Of a DNA stretch of 64,000 nt, positions 24,717 through 39,034 are shown one piece after another. Made by a program: the position numbers and the translations under genes. Numbering within the stretch: the first letter of the stretch is position 1; every line of letters begins with the position of its first letter. The notes under the pieces were generated by a model. That model was not told the origin of the DNA. It made no database searches and worked only from the letters and a program-made list of their open reading frames with translations. Origin of the DNA: Octopus vulgaris (taxonomy: Eukaryota). The stretch is taken from contig OX597834.1 of assembly GCA_951406725.2 (NCBI GenBank), forward strand, positions 29,388,001-29,452,000, given 5' to 3'.

Positions 24717-25762
24717 AAAACACAGGCTTCTTTAAAGTTTTCATTTGCTCAGCCCAGGGTTAGATCTGGGTATGCAAAAGGATTGAACCCAAAACCCTTT
24801 GTTCACAGAGTCTGCTCTGGATGCCACTCATCACTGCATCAGCTGTGATGTGAGTTCACGAGACAAACCTGAGAAACAACTTTTACTAAAGCTGACCCTG
24901 GCCTTCGCTTGTATGTTTGATCTTCTCTTGTGTATGCGACACCAACCAAACAGCTATGAGGTGAGTTTTCATAGTTAAGAGCTGATGGTTATTCCTCAAA
25001 TTGTTTTGTCCAGGTTATCAGTTCATCAGCCACCCTACAACCCCTACACTTTCTTATTTCCTCATTCATGCAACCTCCACTTTCATTTGCAAACATATAC
25101 ACACATACATAATTTCTCCCTTCCCCTCTCTTTTTCTCTCCCACTTTTATTTATCTATCTGTTTATCTATCTGTATTTTCACACAAGTACACACATGCAT
25201 GCACGCACACAGACACATACACACACACACACACACACACATTCACATTACACATTCTCTCCCAAAGTCACTCACACTAAGATCACTATGTCATACATGT
25301 ACGCATATACGTTCAGATGAATATATTGATGTATGGCTGGGTGACTGAATGGAAGAATGAATGAATGGATGGAGGGATGAATGTATGCATATATGCACCA
25401 TGTGTGTGTGTGTATGTGTATATATATATATATAGATACATGCATGTATCAGTGTATTCATGCAAATGGATGGTCTATATCTATGTCTGAATGGATGACT
25501 GTATATATGCACGTATCAATGTATTTATGCAGATGGATGGTCTATATATCTATATTCCGTATTATTATATAGCATATGCATTATTGATGGGCAAGTGTGA
25601 ACAAAGCTGGTATCGCGAGACAGCAGGTAAATTAGTAATTATTCATGTCTCAATGGATTCTGTTCGTTTGATTAATCTAAATGAATAGGTGGTAAAACAA
25701 TGCCACAACATCACCTGCAATCCAAAGCAAGCTAAGCTAAATCAAAAAATAATAATAACAAC

Positions 25763-25812
<50 letters not shown>

Positions 25813-26455
25813 TAATAATAATAATATGGAAATAAAATGAAAGAATAAAAAAAAGGTAAAACCGACCCAACAAAACAGGTAATGAGAAGAAAAAAAGAGA
25901 AAAAACATATTTCTGTGTTTGTTTTTTTTTTGTTTTTTTTTTCTTTTTGCAATGATGGTATGGGATGAAAGAAACCCCTACCTGAGTTTTGAGATTTTGT
26001 AGCAGGTGTTTTTTTATGGCTGGATACCCCTTCTTTTTCCAATCGTTTTTTGTTATTGCTGTTGTTGTTGTTGTTGTTGTTGTGCTGCTAATGTTTGGGT
26101 AAGTCCCTATTAGCTCTGGTTCAGCAGTTCTTCAAACAAAAGAAGTGCTACCCTCTTGTACTAGCATTTGACAGATAGTAATTAGATAAAGTCAGACAAT
26201 AATTAACGAGCCACCCAGCTCACTGAGGGAAAAATGTAGAAAGGAATGACCACTGTTCTTGTTGTTGCTGTTGCAGTTACTGTTGCTATGTCCCCAAGTC
26301 AGGCCTGATTGGATAAATCTGTTATCAAATGTCTTCAAGTTCTGAATGTCACATAAATTCATTTTAAATATCATATATTGTAATCAACTAATCCCTACCT
26401 GCAAATTTGCTGGTCTTCTGCATAAATTAAAAACAATGACTACTACTCCCACTAC

Positions 26456-26457
<2 letters not shown>

Positions 26458-26508
<51 letters not shown>

Positions 26509-27056
26509 CATCATCATCATTATTATTATTCAGAGAGAGAGCAGTGCATCAAAGTGACGCTGGGGTAAAATATACGAAACCCAGTGTACCCATCATGACT
26601 ACCTGTCTGATGAAGGTATACCAAGCACATGCATCACAACCATATGTGTGCGACATGGTGACCTATTATCAAGATAAACAGCACTGACCTTGCAGGTGGG
26701 GCCCAGTTAGAATTTTCTTCAGGTCAAGTAGCCTATCAAAAGGTCCCCGAATAAGGGTTGTTAAAGGATGTTGAACAAAACACCCAAGTTTCCAAAGCCA
26801 AATCATCCAAACTCCAAAGAATTCCTCTCATCACATGGTCATGATGCTACCCCACTACTTCTGCTTGTGATCAGAGAGGCACATCTTGTCAAGCATCAAG
26901 GGACATGCTCAACTGGTTAAGGTCAAGCAACTGACAAGCAAATCTGTGGTATTGAGCAGAATATTTGCTGTAGCCCATCTTTTATACCAAGACAAAACAA
27001 TGTCCATGATAACACTTCCAATCAGTTGAAATCAAAAGCTGAGAGCCATTGCCTGG
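26458..27056 (-). mobile_element. Possible retroelement 3'UTR with (AAT)n tail
   Basis: A ~530-bp higher-GC block with sharp borders interrupts a C' SINE context and abuts a long (ATT)n run. No coding motif seen. Confidence 0.3.
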
Positions 27057-27528
27057 CTATTATTATGCTGCTAGGATCAACTTTGCCTTTCATCCTTTTA
27101 GGGCTCCATAAAATAAGCACTAGGGGGGCGATGTAATCGATTTATACCCTCCCCTGAAATTGCAGGCCTTGTGCCAAAATTTGAAACCGTTATTGTTGTT
27201 GTTGTTATTGGGAAACTTGTTTGTGTGTCTGGCTAAGTATAATGTGGTTTGTGTTCACAGTTCAAATACTGTCAAGTTGATTAAATCAATTTCCTCCCGC
27301 CTTAAATTCCAAGCCAAACAAATTATTATTCTTAAAATATAAAAGCAATCATTATCATTACTGTTATTTTAATTATTTTTCTTGTTTTGGTGTTTCTGTT
27401 GTCCTTGAAACAACTAAAGACATCGTTGTTATTTATTATTTACTATTATTATAATTATTCAAAATTGTATTTATATATTTTTTAACCTTGTTTACAGTGT
27501 TTTGAATTTACCATCCATAAGACATTTC

Positions 27529-27563
<35 letters not shown>

Positions 27564-27676
27564 TGAAAATGTCAAAATGGGGATGATTTTTGGGCTATAA
27601 CTGATGAGGGATATGTCCACATTCTATGTATGTTTTTTTCTTGTTTTTCATTTGTTCCCTCATTGTCCTCCTGTGC

Positions 27677-27730
<54 letters not shown>

Positions 27731-27744
27731 GACCATTCCTAAAT

Positions 27745-27798
<54 letters not shown>

Positions 27799-28948
27799 AT
27801 TAACTTACTTAATATATCATTTAGTCCTTTATATTTAAATGATTAACTGTTATTATTATTGTTGTTCTCCTGAATAAAGGAAAGCGATGTTGTTGTTTTT
27901 ATTATTCCTGTTATTATTATTATTTGTCTTTTATTTCACTATCCTGATACAATTTACTAATTTCTATTTTCTATTTTTAAAATAATTTATTGTAATATTT
28001 CCTTTTTGTTTTGTTTTCTTTTCATTTTTTTATCTATATATTTTTTCAATCTTTTTTTTTATTTTATAGGAAATTTGAAAATTTCTTATTGTTCAATTTT
28101 TAAATAACTTTTTCTTTTCTTGGATATTTTTGTTATTTATTTGAGCTTTGAGTTTTTTATTGTTTTTTTCCCCCCAATTCTCATCTAAATTGTTGTTATT
28201 CTTTCTCTTTTCATTCTTCAGAAATAATATTTAATTATAGATAATAAGAATTTAATTAACACCGGAATTAAAATCTCTTCAAAGAAAAATGAACACAATA
28301 ACAAATCCAGCCCCTAAATATAAAATATAAAAAAAAAGTGCAAAGACTAAAATGAAAAAAACTATATAAACCTTACAAAAAAATTTACATTAAAATCATA
28401 TAAAATTTATATAAACTTTCCATACAAATTACATAAAAATTTTAGCAAAATTTCATTTCTGAGATAAAGTAAAAAGCATTAAAAAAAAAAATAAACAAAA
28501 GCAGAATGCTAGGAGTCACTGGTCAACCTTGCAATATTTCCTTTTATTATAATAATCATCTGGCCATCACCTATACACCAGTGTTTGTGTGTGTGTGTAT
28601 GTGTGTGTATGAATGTATGTATATGTGCACGTGCACACACACACACAGGTATAAGTTGTAATAAAGATGTCAAACCAAGTAATGATATTTTGAAATCATC
28701 AAATGTGTGCATTTTAAATCTGTATAATATAGAAATAGGAAATACATCCATTACTCAAAGCCTTCCTCAATTAAAACATTTCCAATTATAAAACCAGTTG
28801 ATTGAAGTAGTTCAATATATAATAACAAGGATTTGGAGAAGTTTTTCAATATTTGACTTGAGCTGAAAATTCTGGTACCAGATATTCACTTACAATTGTA
28901 ACACAACATACATACACACATATATATGTATGTATGTATATATATATA

Positions 28949-29344
28949 TACTCTTTTATTTTACTCTTTTACTTGTTTCAGTCATTTGACTGCGGCCATG
29001 CTGGAGCACCACCTTTAGTCGATCAAATCTTATTCTTTGTAAGCCCAGTACTTATTCTATCGGTCTCTTTTGCCGAACCGCTAAGTGGCGGGGACGTAGA
29101 CACACCAGCATCGGTTGTCAAGCAATGCTAGGGGGACAAACACAGACACACAAACACACACACACATATATATATATATATACATATATACGACAGGCTT
29201 CTTTCAGTTTCCGTCTACCAAATCCACTCACAAGGCATGGGTCGGCCCGGGGCTATAGCAGAAGACACTTGCCCAAGATGCCACGCAGTGGGACGGAACT
29301 CGCAACCATGTGGTTGGTTAGCAAGCTACTTACCACACAGCCAC
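28949..29344 (-). mobile_element. SINE family B, near full length
   Basis: Highly similar to 62239-62645, including the internal (CA)n(TA)n tract. Confidence 0.9.
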
Positions 29345-29415
29345 CTATCTATATGCATATCTATCTATATATCTATATATATATACACACACACATACAT
29401 ACATACATACATACA

Positions 29416-29462
<47 letters not shown>

Positions 29463-29984
29463 CAAGAGAGAGAGAGAAAGAGCGACACTCACATATTTTT
29501 GTATGTGTATTGTATAACTTTGTATGAATGTGTGAGTGTATTTTGTTGTTTTGGATTTGGGTAAATGTGTATCTGTAATACGTTGTGTGTGTGTGTGTGT
29601 GTTTATGCGTGTGGTAAGCCATCTTCCAGCCCCTCCCCTATCCTACCAACCCTACCTTATCCTTGATTTGTTCCCTCACAAAACCAGAACCAACCCCCAC
29701 CCCCCATCCCGTCACCCCTTCATCCAATGCTCAAACAACTTTCACTTCCTGAACTTCGCTGCTTTGATTTTCTTAGATTCACACACACACACACACGCAC
29801 ACACACATTCTCGGAGATATGCATATGCATATACACACATACATACACACACACATGCAAGCACGCTCAGAGATACACATACATGCATGTATGCACATAT
29901 ATACACACATACATACACACACACATGCAAACACACTCAGAGATACACATACATGCATATATGCGCATATATATATATACACAC

Positions 29985-30444
29985 ATACAAATACATACGA
30001 ACATGCACACACACATACAAGTACATACGAACACGCACACAGATATACAAATACATACGAATAGGCACACACACACATACAAATACATACGAACACGCAC
30101 ACACACATACAAATACATACGAATACGCACACACACATACAAATACATACGAACATGCACACACACATACAAGTACATACGAACACGCACACAGATATAC
30201 AAATACATACGAATATGCACACACACACATACAAATACATACGAACACGCACACACACATACAAATACATACGAACACGCACACACACATACAAATACAT
30301 ACGAACATGCACACACACATACAAGTACATACGAACACGCACACAGATATACAAATACATACGAATATGCACACACACACATACAAATACATACGAACAC
30401 GCACACACACATACAAATACATACGAACATGCACACACACACAC
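29985..30444. repeat. 30/32-bp minisatellite, 15 units, with a 5-unit higher-order repeat
   Basis: Unit ATACAAATACATACGAACACGCACACACAC. Variants recur in the order ABCDD-ABCDD-ABCD-A. Confidence 0.9.
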
Positions 30445-30849
30445 AACCCTGTCTTGTAGTGAATGATGGATTAGAAAAGAAAAGAGGAGGGAAGCAAATA
30501 CAGCACAGCCGCCCATCCGCCGCCATCCCCATCCTTGTCACTAACACACACACACACACTCACACACACACACACACTCACATGCACACACACACACTCA
30601 CATGCACACACACACACAGACCAACACAGTTAACATTATCACCACCAATTCTACCGCCACCTCCACCTCCACCGCCACCTCTACCACCACCTCTACCGTC
30701 ACCTCTACAACAAACACCATTCATATAAGATGTATCTACCCACAAACTGACTCCCCCCCCCCCCCCAGTGCTGTCTCTCCTTTTTTGACTTAACAGATAG
30801 TTGTGAAAATCAAGTAGATTGAAGTAAATTGAAACTTGGAATCAATTCT

Positions 30850-30886
<37 letters not shown>

Positions 30887-30888
<2 letters not shown>

Positions 30889-31168
30889 GCCTGTCGCAAA
30901 GTGTTTTTCGTAAAAGATGGAAGTATATAGCAAGTATGTTGCGAGTGAAAGAACCTGTTTAATCGAGAATGTAAAAAAAGAGAAAGCAAAGTCTTCAGCG
31001 TGAGTATGTGGTTTGTGGGGTCGACCGCGTCCTCCGCTTCATTTTTTGTTATTCACTCATTCTCATTTAATTGTTTGTTTATTCATACATTTCGTCTCAT
31101 TCGATACCCTGACCCCAACATTTGTTTTGTCCCCTCTTTTTCTCAACCTTATGGTGAATAAAGAAATA
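30887..31168 (+). mobile_element. Tx1/L1-like LINE 3' end inserted in (TC)n
   Basis: Peptide CLSQSVFRKRWKYIASMLRVKEPV* (F...W terminal motif). The UTR ends GGTGAATAAAGAAATA, and (CT)n lies on both sides. Confidence 0.55.
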
Positions 31169-31644
31169 CTCTCTCTCACATAAATATGCACAATTTCACT
31201 TTCAAGCAAATCCATCTACAAGGCTTTGATCCTCAGCCAAGGGCTATCATAGAAGATGCTAGCCTAAGGTGCCACAAAGTGAGACTGAACTCATGACCAT
31301 TTGGATAGGAAGCAAACTTCTTATTACACTGCCATGCTAATGCCATGCCTGTGCCTCAGCCAAACTTGCCCCTCAGTCAAACCTTCACCTTCTGGGGAAT
31401 TATTCAGTGTGAAACAAGTGGACACTTGTCAGCCACAGGTGAATACAGACAGGAAAGATGTCAAATATTGATGATGGATCACATTTAATACACTTGAATG
31501 ACAATAGTCCATTTGACAGGCTTCTACACAGTATCCATCTGTTGAATTTTTCTAACTAGGCTTTGGCTGATCCAGGAACATGATAAAAGACACTTAACAA
31601 TGTTACCACAACCATGTAGCCATCCATCCACCCATCTTCTTCAT

Positions 31645-31960
31645 CCACAATTCCTGAGAAGATCATTGGATAGGTAGAGTCCTCAGGAACCTCTTTCATA
31701 AAGTCCTACCAGAGGTAACTGTCATAAGGATTCCAAAGTATGACCAACTGAGGACATGGATACCATCCAACCATCTCTTGCTCTTGGTCTACTCTTTGGT
31801 GTCCGGCTAGTTGGCTCAGCTTGAAGAATCCCTCTCGTGATTCTTTCTTGTGATATTCTTATCATATGTCTGCAGTACCAGAGCTTGTGATCTTTCACTG
31901 CAGAGAATTGGTGTTTCAACTTGCAGAGACTCCTTGGTCTCCCCTGATTTCTATCAAGTA
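31645..31960 (-). mobile_element. RTE-clade LINE ORF C-terminal relic
   Basis: KLWYCRHMIRISQERITRGILQAEPTSRTPKSRPRAR is a decayed form of L.W.GHV.RM...R..GRPR..W. Confidence 0.7.
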
Positions 31961-32163
31961 ATATTACTCCAAATAGCTTTCAAATGAACCCTATTTTGGT
32001 TACTTGTATTCATCATTGTACTTTTTGATTGCTGTCTGAGAGTCTGTGAGTGTTTAGAATGGGGAGGCATGTAGCATTCATTCACTCATAGATGGACACA
32101 CATGCATGGCATGGGTGTATACACACACATATATTATATAGATTCATGATCATTGGTGAGAAT

Positions 32164-32321
32164 CAGTGCCGTCTTAAGGAATGGGCACAGCAAGAAGTTG
32201 CCCGGGGTCCCCACAGATCTACAGGCAACCCAATTCTCTAATATTGTGGCTTGCAACCAATATGTAAATGCAAAATGGCCAAGTGCATTGATTTGTCTAT
32301 GATGCTTCAAAGATGGCTTTG
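32164..32321. mobile_element. Possible hAT-type MITE
   Basis: Imperfect TIRs CAGTGCCGTCTT / AAGATGGCTTTG (9/12) and an imperfect 8-bp TSD, GTGAGAAT vs GTGAAGAT. Confidence 0.45.
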
Positions 32322-32751
32322 GTGAAGATGGACATGAAAACCAAAGATACTGGCAAAGCAGATTTCTTAATCACACAAGTCATGATTCCAAATTTTGGAG
32401 AGGGTTCTTTTAATATTGCTTTTCACAAAACTGGATTTTCTCTGTATTGTATCATATGGCTATGGCCTAACTGGCCTAAGTACAATGTATGATTACAACT
32501 TTAAGCCAAGGTAATAATTATAATTAACTGGTTAATTAAGCTATCAAATTATCTCTCAACTGTTCAGGAATCCTGACAATTTGCCACTGAGATATAACAA
32601 TAATAATCATTGCTCTCTAATTTACAGCTCAAAGCTAAATGATTCATCTTAGATAAATAGATGTGGGACTGGATTTTATTTTAAAATTAACCATTTCATT
32701 TTTTTCTGTATTTTTTCTTATCTTTTTTTGTTATTTTAACCTGCACACACA

Positions 32752-32789
<38 letters not shown>

Positions 32790-33106
32790 CATATTTTATT
32801 TTATTCTATTATTTTAGCTAATCCTCTCAGTAGGATAGGATTAAGGGAGATTTAACAAGGAATATACAAGCTGAAGTAAATAATTTCACTTGTAATTCAA
32901 TTAAGCAATGTTAATCTAAAAATGTGGAGTTGAAGGTTGATAAAGTATGAATGGGAAGAGAGAGAAGTTAGTACATGTATACGTGTGTGTGTGTATATAC
33001 ATACACTCGCACACACACACGCATATATATGCATGTGTGTGTGTATATGCACATAAGAATGCATATCATCCTATAAATCTGTAACATGATGTCTGTTTGT
33101 ATAACA

Positions 33107-33144
<38 letters not shown>

Positions 33145-33470
33145 TATGCATATATACATAGGTATGCACTTGTACCTCTTTGTTTACATACACACACTCA
33201 TATACACATCTACATATAAACATATACACACACACACGGACATAAATCTATATATGTGTGTGTTTCATCATCATCATCATCATCATCAACATCATCATTT
33301 AATGTCTATTTTCCATGCTGGCATGGGTTGGACATGGTGTACCCCTATGTCTATTCAGTCCAATAACACTTTTGGTGGGGTGGTACCACAAAATATGTCA
33401 TCCTCATCAAAAGTTAGCCAGTCATAGCAGTCAAATTCTTGTCCTCTCGTCTCTTATTATTTGTAAAATG

Positions 33471-33685
33471 TCAGCAATGAGCTGGCAGAATTGTTATCAT
33501 ACCAAAAGCTAAACGGAATTTTAGTCCATCTTTACATTTTGAGATCGAACTGTGCTGAGGTCAGTTTTTCCTTTCATCCTCTCAGGGTTGATAAAATAAG
33601 TACCAGTCACATATTGGGGTGGATGTTATCATTTTGCCCCGCCCCTCAAAAACTCCAGCCCTGTGCCAAAATATGATACCATTAT
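33471..33685 (+). mobile_element. SINE family C'
   Basis: gagctggcagaattgtta...ctttcatcctctcagggttgataaaataagtaccag...tgtgccaaaatatgatacc. Confidence 0.7.
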
Positions 33686-33974
33686 TAGTAAAATGTTACT
33701 TTTAAAACCATGATGACTAACCATCAGTAAATTCACAAGAGGTGACCTTATTAAAGTAGACAATATCATGACTATCTAACATAATAAACCAAGAAATTTT
33801 AATTGTTTAAAATGACAATCTTAATGATGAGAAGAATCATTTTCTGAATTATTAATTCCGGCCAAAATTATAAAACAAAGTAAGCAAAGGAAATAAAATC
33901 AAAGTTTTCATTAATTAACATTTATTAGGTATTGATAGCACTGGTGTGTGAATCTGATATTTAGCAATGGGTGA

Positions 33975-34026
33975 CAACTACAGACATGTTTCAGTCCTTT
34001 CAAACCTCATCAGTCGATGTATGTTG
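33975..34026 (-). ncRNA. Type I minimal hammerhead ribozyme-like motif (probably decayed)
   Basis: Minus strand reads CAACAUACAUCGA-CUGAUGA-GGUUU.GAAA.GGACU-GAAA-CAUG-UC-UGUAGUUG. It has an intact core, stem II with a GAAA loop, a palindromic ACAUGU stem III and a GUC site. Stem I is interrupted. Confidence 0.6.
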
Positions 34027-34464
34027 AAGTTCGTAGTACGCATATGAAGGGTGATTTGTAATAACCGCTTAGTTCAGGACAGCATAGACATAATGAAAGG
34101 CTCCTGTAAGCTTGTGCAAAACATGTGTGTGTTTATATGCAATTGTGAATGTGTTTGTGAATGTTCATGCCAGTTAATGGTTTCCTTAGGGTCAGGGGAT
34201 GTCAGTATCTTGCAAAACTTTGAAGTTACTATCAAACTTTTCACCGTAAAACTCAAAAATTTAATGCATCACATATATGTGTTATGAATGCTTTCTCAAT
34301 GCTTTAATATTTTATGCATTAAATATATACAACTCAAATACACCAGTATCTATATATTTTTACATTTGTATATGTATATATATTCATACATACATATACA
34401 TACATACATGTGTATGTATGTATGTATGTATATGTAAGTATGCACATATATGTATATATATCTA

Positions 34465-34530
<66 letters not shown>

Positions 34531-34787
34531 TGCACACACACTTACACATGCATGCACTCATACACATACATACACACACATACATATATATACACACACA
34601 CACCTACACATGCATGCACTCATACACACAACATATCCCATTTATATAAGCACAGATTTCAATGACATTGTCACTAGTTCTAAACTTTAGTTTATACAGC
34701 AATTAAGGCATTAAATATACTTTCCCCTTTAAACGTTGCATGATTTCATATACATATAGATTAATAACCCATCAGTTAATTATAATC

Positions 34788-34831
<44 letters not shown>

Positions 34832-35004
34832 AGGCTAATCATTTGCTTTTTCTAATTTTCCTGAAATTTTGTTGTTTCTTTTACTGTCTTTTGTAAATTT
34901 GCTTCTTTATATTATTTGCTAATATTTTCTTCTCAGATCAATCAATTGTTATTTCCAAAATGTGATATCTATATCACACACACACACACATATATATAAT
35001 ATTC

Positions 35005-35260
<256 letters not shown>

Positions 35261-35435
35261 TTTGTTATATAATAGCCACTTCTCTTACAAACCCATTTCA
35301 ATTTATTCCTTCATCAATTTACTTAGATTCATATTTATTTCGTTTACAAATTTGCAGAAATCATCAGAAATTGATTTAGATTGGCTTCTTAAGCTGGTTG
35401 CTTAATATTTGTGCTGTTTTATTTAAAACACACAT

Positions 35436-35480
<45 letters not shown>

Positions 35481-35500
35481 TAGATATACACATATATATA

Positions 35501-35534
<34 letters not shown>

Positions 35535-36246
35535 AACATAGAGATATGAGTGTGCAGATGTAGATTTACATATACATATACATTTACATACATATATATA
35601 TGTATGTGTAAATGTATGTATATACGTATATGAATACACACACACATACGCACACATATATATTATCTAATTAGAAATTGGGGAACAATAGGTAATATAA
35701 ATTCCATACATATAGGTTATATATGTCTGCATACACCCGCACCCCCACACACAGATGTATTGCATACATTGATATGCATATATAAATATATATATATATA
35801 CAGAAGGGTAGATATGTTAAGTATATATGTGTGTATGTCTTTATATATCTGTATGTATGCATGCAGCGTATAATATTTATTACCGTTATGCATATATGTT
35901 TTCTTTGCACATGACAAAGAGACAATAATCTTATATTCCAGCCTCTCTCCTTTTTCAAACACATGTATTCGGCTTTGGCACGCAACCTCAGAACCTCCTG
36001 CTAAGACTGACTCATTCAGCAACGAAGAAAAACGCAGGTAAAAATATCCTCTTCTAACAGGGACTTGACAACCTAACCTAGTCTCCTCATTTAACAACAG
36101 AAATCCAGACACTAAGCATTTTAAGGAAGTAAACATGCAACCGACACAGCTAAGTAATAAGGGGTAGTTGTGTGGTAAGAATTTGCTTTGCAAACCACAC
36201 AGATCCGTGTTCAATCTCACCGTGTGGAACCTTGGGCAAGTGTTCT

Positions 36247-36452
36247 GAAAAAGAGGTAATTTCTACTCTTCTCCTCTGGAAGCCATCTACTCGCAATACC
36301 AGAGGGCGCACACTCTCCTACCCTGATGTAATCTCCAGGGATACAGGCATCCAGCAACAGGACCTCCGTAATGCCATGATGGACCGTGAAGTCTGGCGTA
36401 GCATGGTAAATTCCATTGTCTTGACCACAGTCGAACAATGATGATGAATGAT
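36247..36452 (+). mobile_element. RTE/RTE-X-like LINE 3' end nested inside a family B SINE
   Basis: LLLWKPSTRNTRGRTLSYPDVISRDTG...LRNAMMDREVWRSMV, a stop and a (TGA)n tail. The host SINE (about 36165-36620) is split at GCAAGTGT, which recurs as GCAGGTGT after the tail. Confidence 0.75.
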
Positions 36453-36541
36453 GCAGGTGTCTTCTACTATATAGCCCTGGGTTGACCAAAGCTTTGAGAG
36501 TAGATTTGGTAAGCAGAAACTGAAAGAAGTCCATTGTGTGT

Positions 36542-36585
<44 letters not shown>

Positions 36586-37308
36586 GTGCGCGTGTGTGTA
36601 CGTGTGTGTTTGTGTGTGTATCACTGTCTCCTTGATTTGACATCATGTCATAATTTCAAAGAAGCTTCAACATCGTGAAAGCAGAATCCTTCATTTCCAC
36701 TTTTCCATGGAGAAATAGTCCCTTATTTCATGTCTGGTCATAGAGAAATATTACCTTGTTTGGATAACAAGTGAGGATCAGTGACAGAAATGGCATCTGG
36801 TCATAGAAAATCCACCTCAACAAATTCTGACTGACCCATGCGGGTACGGAAAAGTAGACGTTAAAAGGATGACAATAGATCTTGCATTTTATTGACATGA
36901 ACTTTGAAATCCGAGGAAATTGGTAAGTGCCTTTGCTTCCCTCCAACACATATGCTGACACCAGATTTTCACCTCTATTTCAGACTGAAGGACAAGGGCC
37001 AAAATGTTCCGAGATGTTATATAAAGATGGTGTCTATGATTTCAGGGAGATTTGACTGCTCTTTTTAGCAGGCTAAGTGAGCATATAGGAGCTTCCCTCA
37101 TTGGACTCAACCCATTCAGTCGTTGTAATTCATTCTAAATTTTGGCGCAAGGCCAATAATTTTGAGGGGAAGGGGAAATTGATTACATTGGCCCCGGTGC
37201 TCAGTCGGTCCCTTTTTTTCCTTTTTATCAATTTTGAAAGGATAAAAGGTAAAGTCCACCTTGGCTGCTTTTGAACATAGAATGTAAGGAACTGGAGGAA
37301 ATGTCAGT

Positions 37309-37544
37309 AACCTATTTCTTTATTACCCACAAGGGGCTAAACACAGAGGGGACAAACAAGGACAGACATAGGTATTAAGTCGATTACATCGACCCCAGTG
37401 CGTAACTGGTACTTAATTTATCGACCCCGAAAGGATGAAAGGCAAAGTCGACCTCGGTGGAATTTGAACTCACAACGTAACGCAGACGAAATACCGCTAA
37501 GCATTTCGCCCGGCGTGCTAACGTTTCTGCCAGCTCGCCGCCTT
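37309..37544 (-). mobile_element. SINE family C, full length with TSD
   Basis: 13-bp TSD AATGTCAGTAACC (37300-37312) vs AATGCCAGTAACC (37545-37557). Confidence 0.9.
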
Positions 37545-38261
37545 AATGCCAGTAACCATTTTGTGATTGGGGTTGGATGATGGTTGTGGTTTTGGTGGTG
37601 GAGGTCATGGTGTTAGTAGTGGTGGTAGTAGAGCCATATGTGTGTGTGTGCATGTTAGAAGAAGGGCGTAGTAGATCAAAACAGCAACACTTCAACCACT
37701 GCAACCCCCACCATCATCACCACCACCACCACCACCACCATCAGTTCCATGACCACCACCACCACCAACGCCACCACAATTATTACTATTATCCACTCTA
37801 TACCTACTACTCCCACTGCGTGCCTTTTTCTCCCCTTCTTTGCCCTCCTCCCATTCACGAAGTAACTCCCTAATTGTTACCTTTAAATGCTCCAAAATTA
37901 TATGGTGTTAGCCACAACGATTCTGTCTCTATGCATCACCCCAACACCACCACCACCACCACCACCACCACCACCATGGCTGTTGTACTTCGGAGTGGGA
38001 GTTGGAGAGCAAATAAACTTCACCTCTGCCTCACACACACACACACACATACACATGTATACACCAACACACTAACAAATCATGGAGAAAGTGGTGGTGG
38101 TGGTGGTGGGGTTGATTTCTGGGGTTGGGGAGTGTTGCTGTAATGGGAGATTAATTATGGTTAAAGGAAAAAATCAAACACAAACATTGTGGCTGATGTA
38201 ACTGCCAGTTACTTCCAAGAAAGATGATGATAATGATTATTATTATTATAATTATCATCAT

Positions 38262-38293
<32 letters not shown>

Positions 38294-38663
38294 GCAGCAT
38301 TATTATCATCCTCATCATCATTATCATAATTTTCAAACTTTTACAAACCACATCCTTCCTTTGAACAAGCTGTCCCAAAGTAATCATCGGAAATACTCTT
38401 TCTGCCATTATCATGTTATCTTTTTTTCATTGTTTTTTGTTTTTTTAATATTCATTCGCAAACTGGTCTTAACGGAATATCACAGAATATCTAAAATGGC
38501 AGCAGATTTTCTAACAAAATAATAGAGGAAATTTATATCAAATAGAAATGATAAATATATTATGAGATGGCACCAGATTTGGTTGGTTATTAAGGTTTGG
38601 GGTTGGCAGGTGTTTGTGGAAGATAAAATGAAAATAAATAAAAACCTTTAAAACAAAAGAAAT

Positions 38664-38705
<42 letters not shown>

Positions 38706-38712
38706 TGTAAAA

Positions 38713-38991
<279 letters not shown>

Positions 38992-39034
38992 TAGATAGAT
39001 AGATAGATAGATTGATATATGCATTTATATATGC

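Noticed and set aside
29536-30728. Long 300+ aa ORFs in several frames
   Set aside because: They are produced by a stop-free CA-rich minisatellite open on both strands.
35942-36037. AG...GT-bounded segment as an exon
   Set aside because: No convincing frame. The CIRLW peptide is more like a decayed LINE end, and the evidence is too weak for either call.
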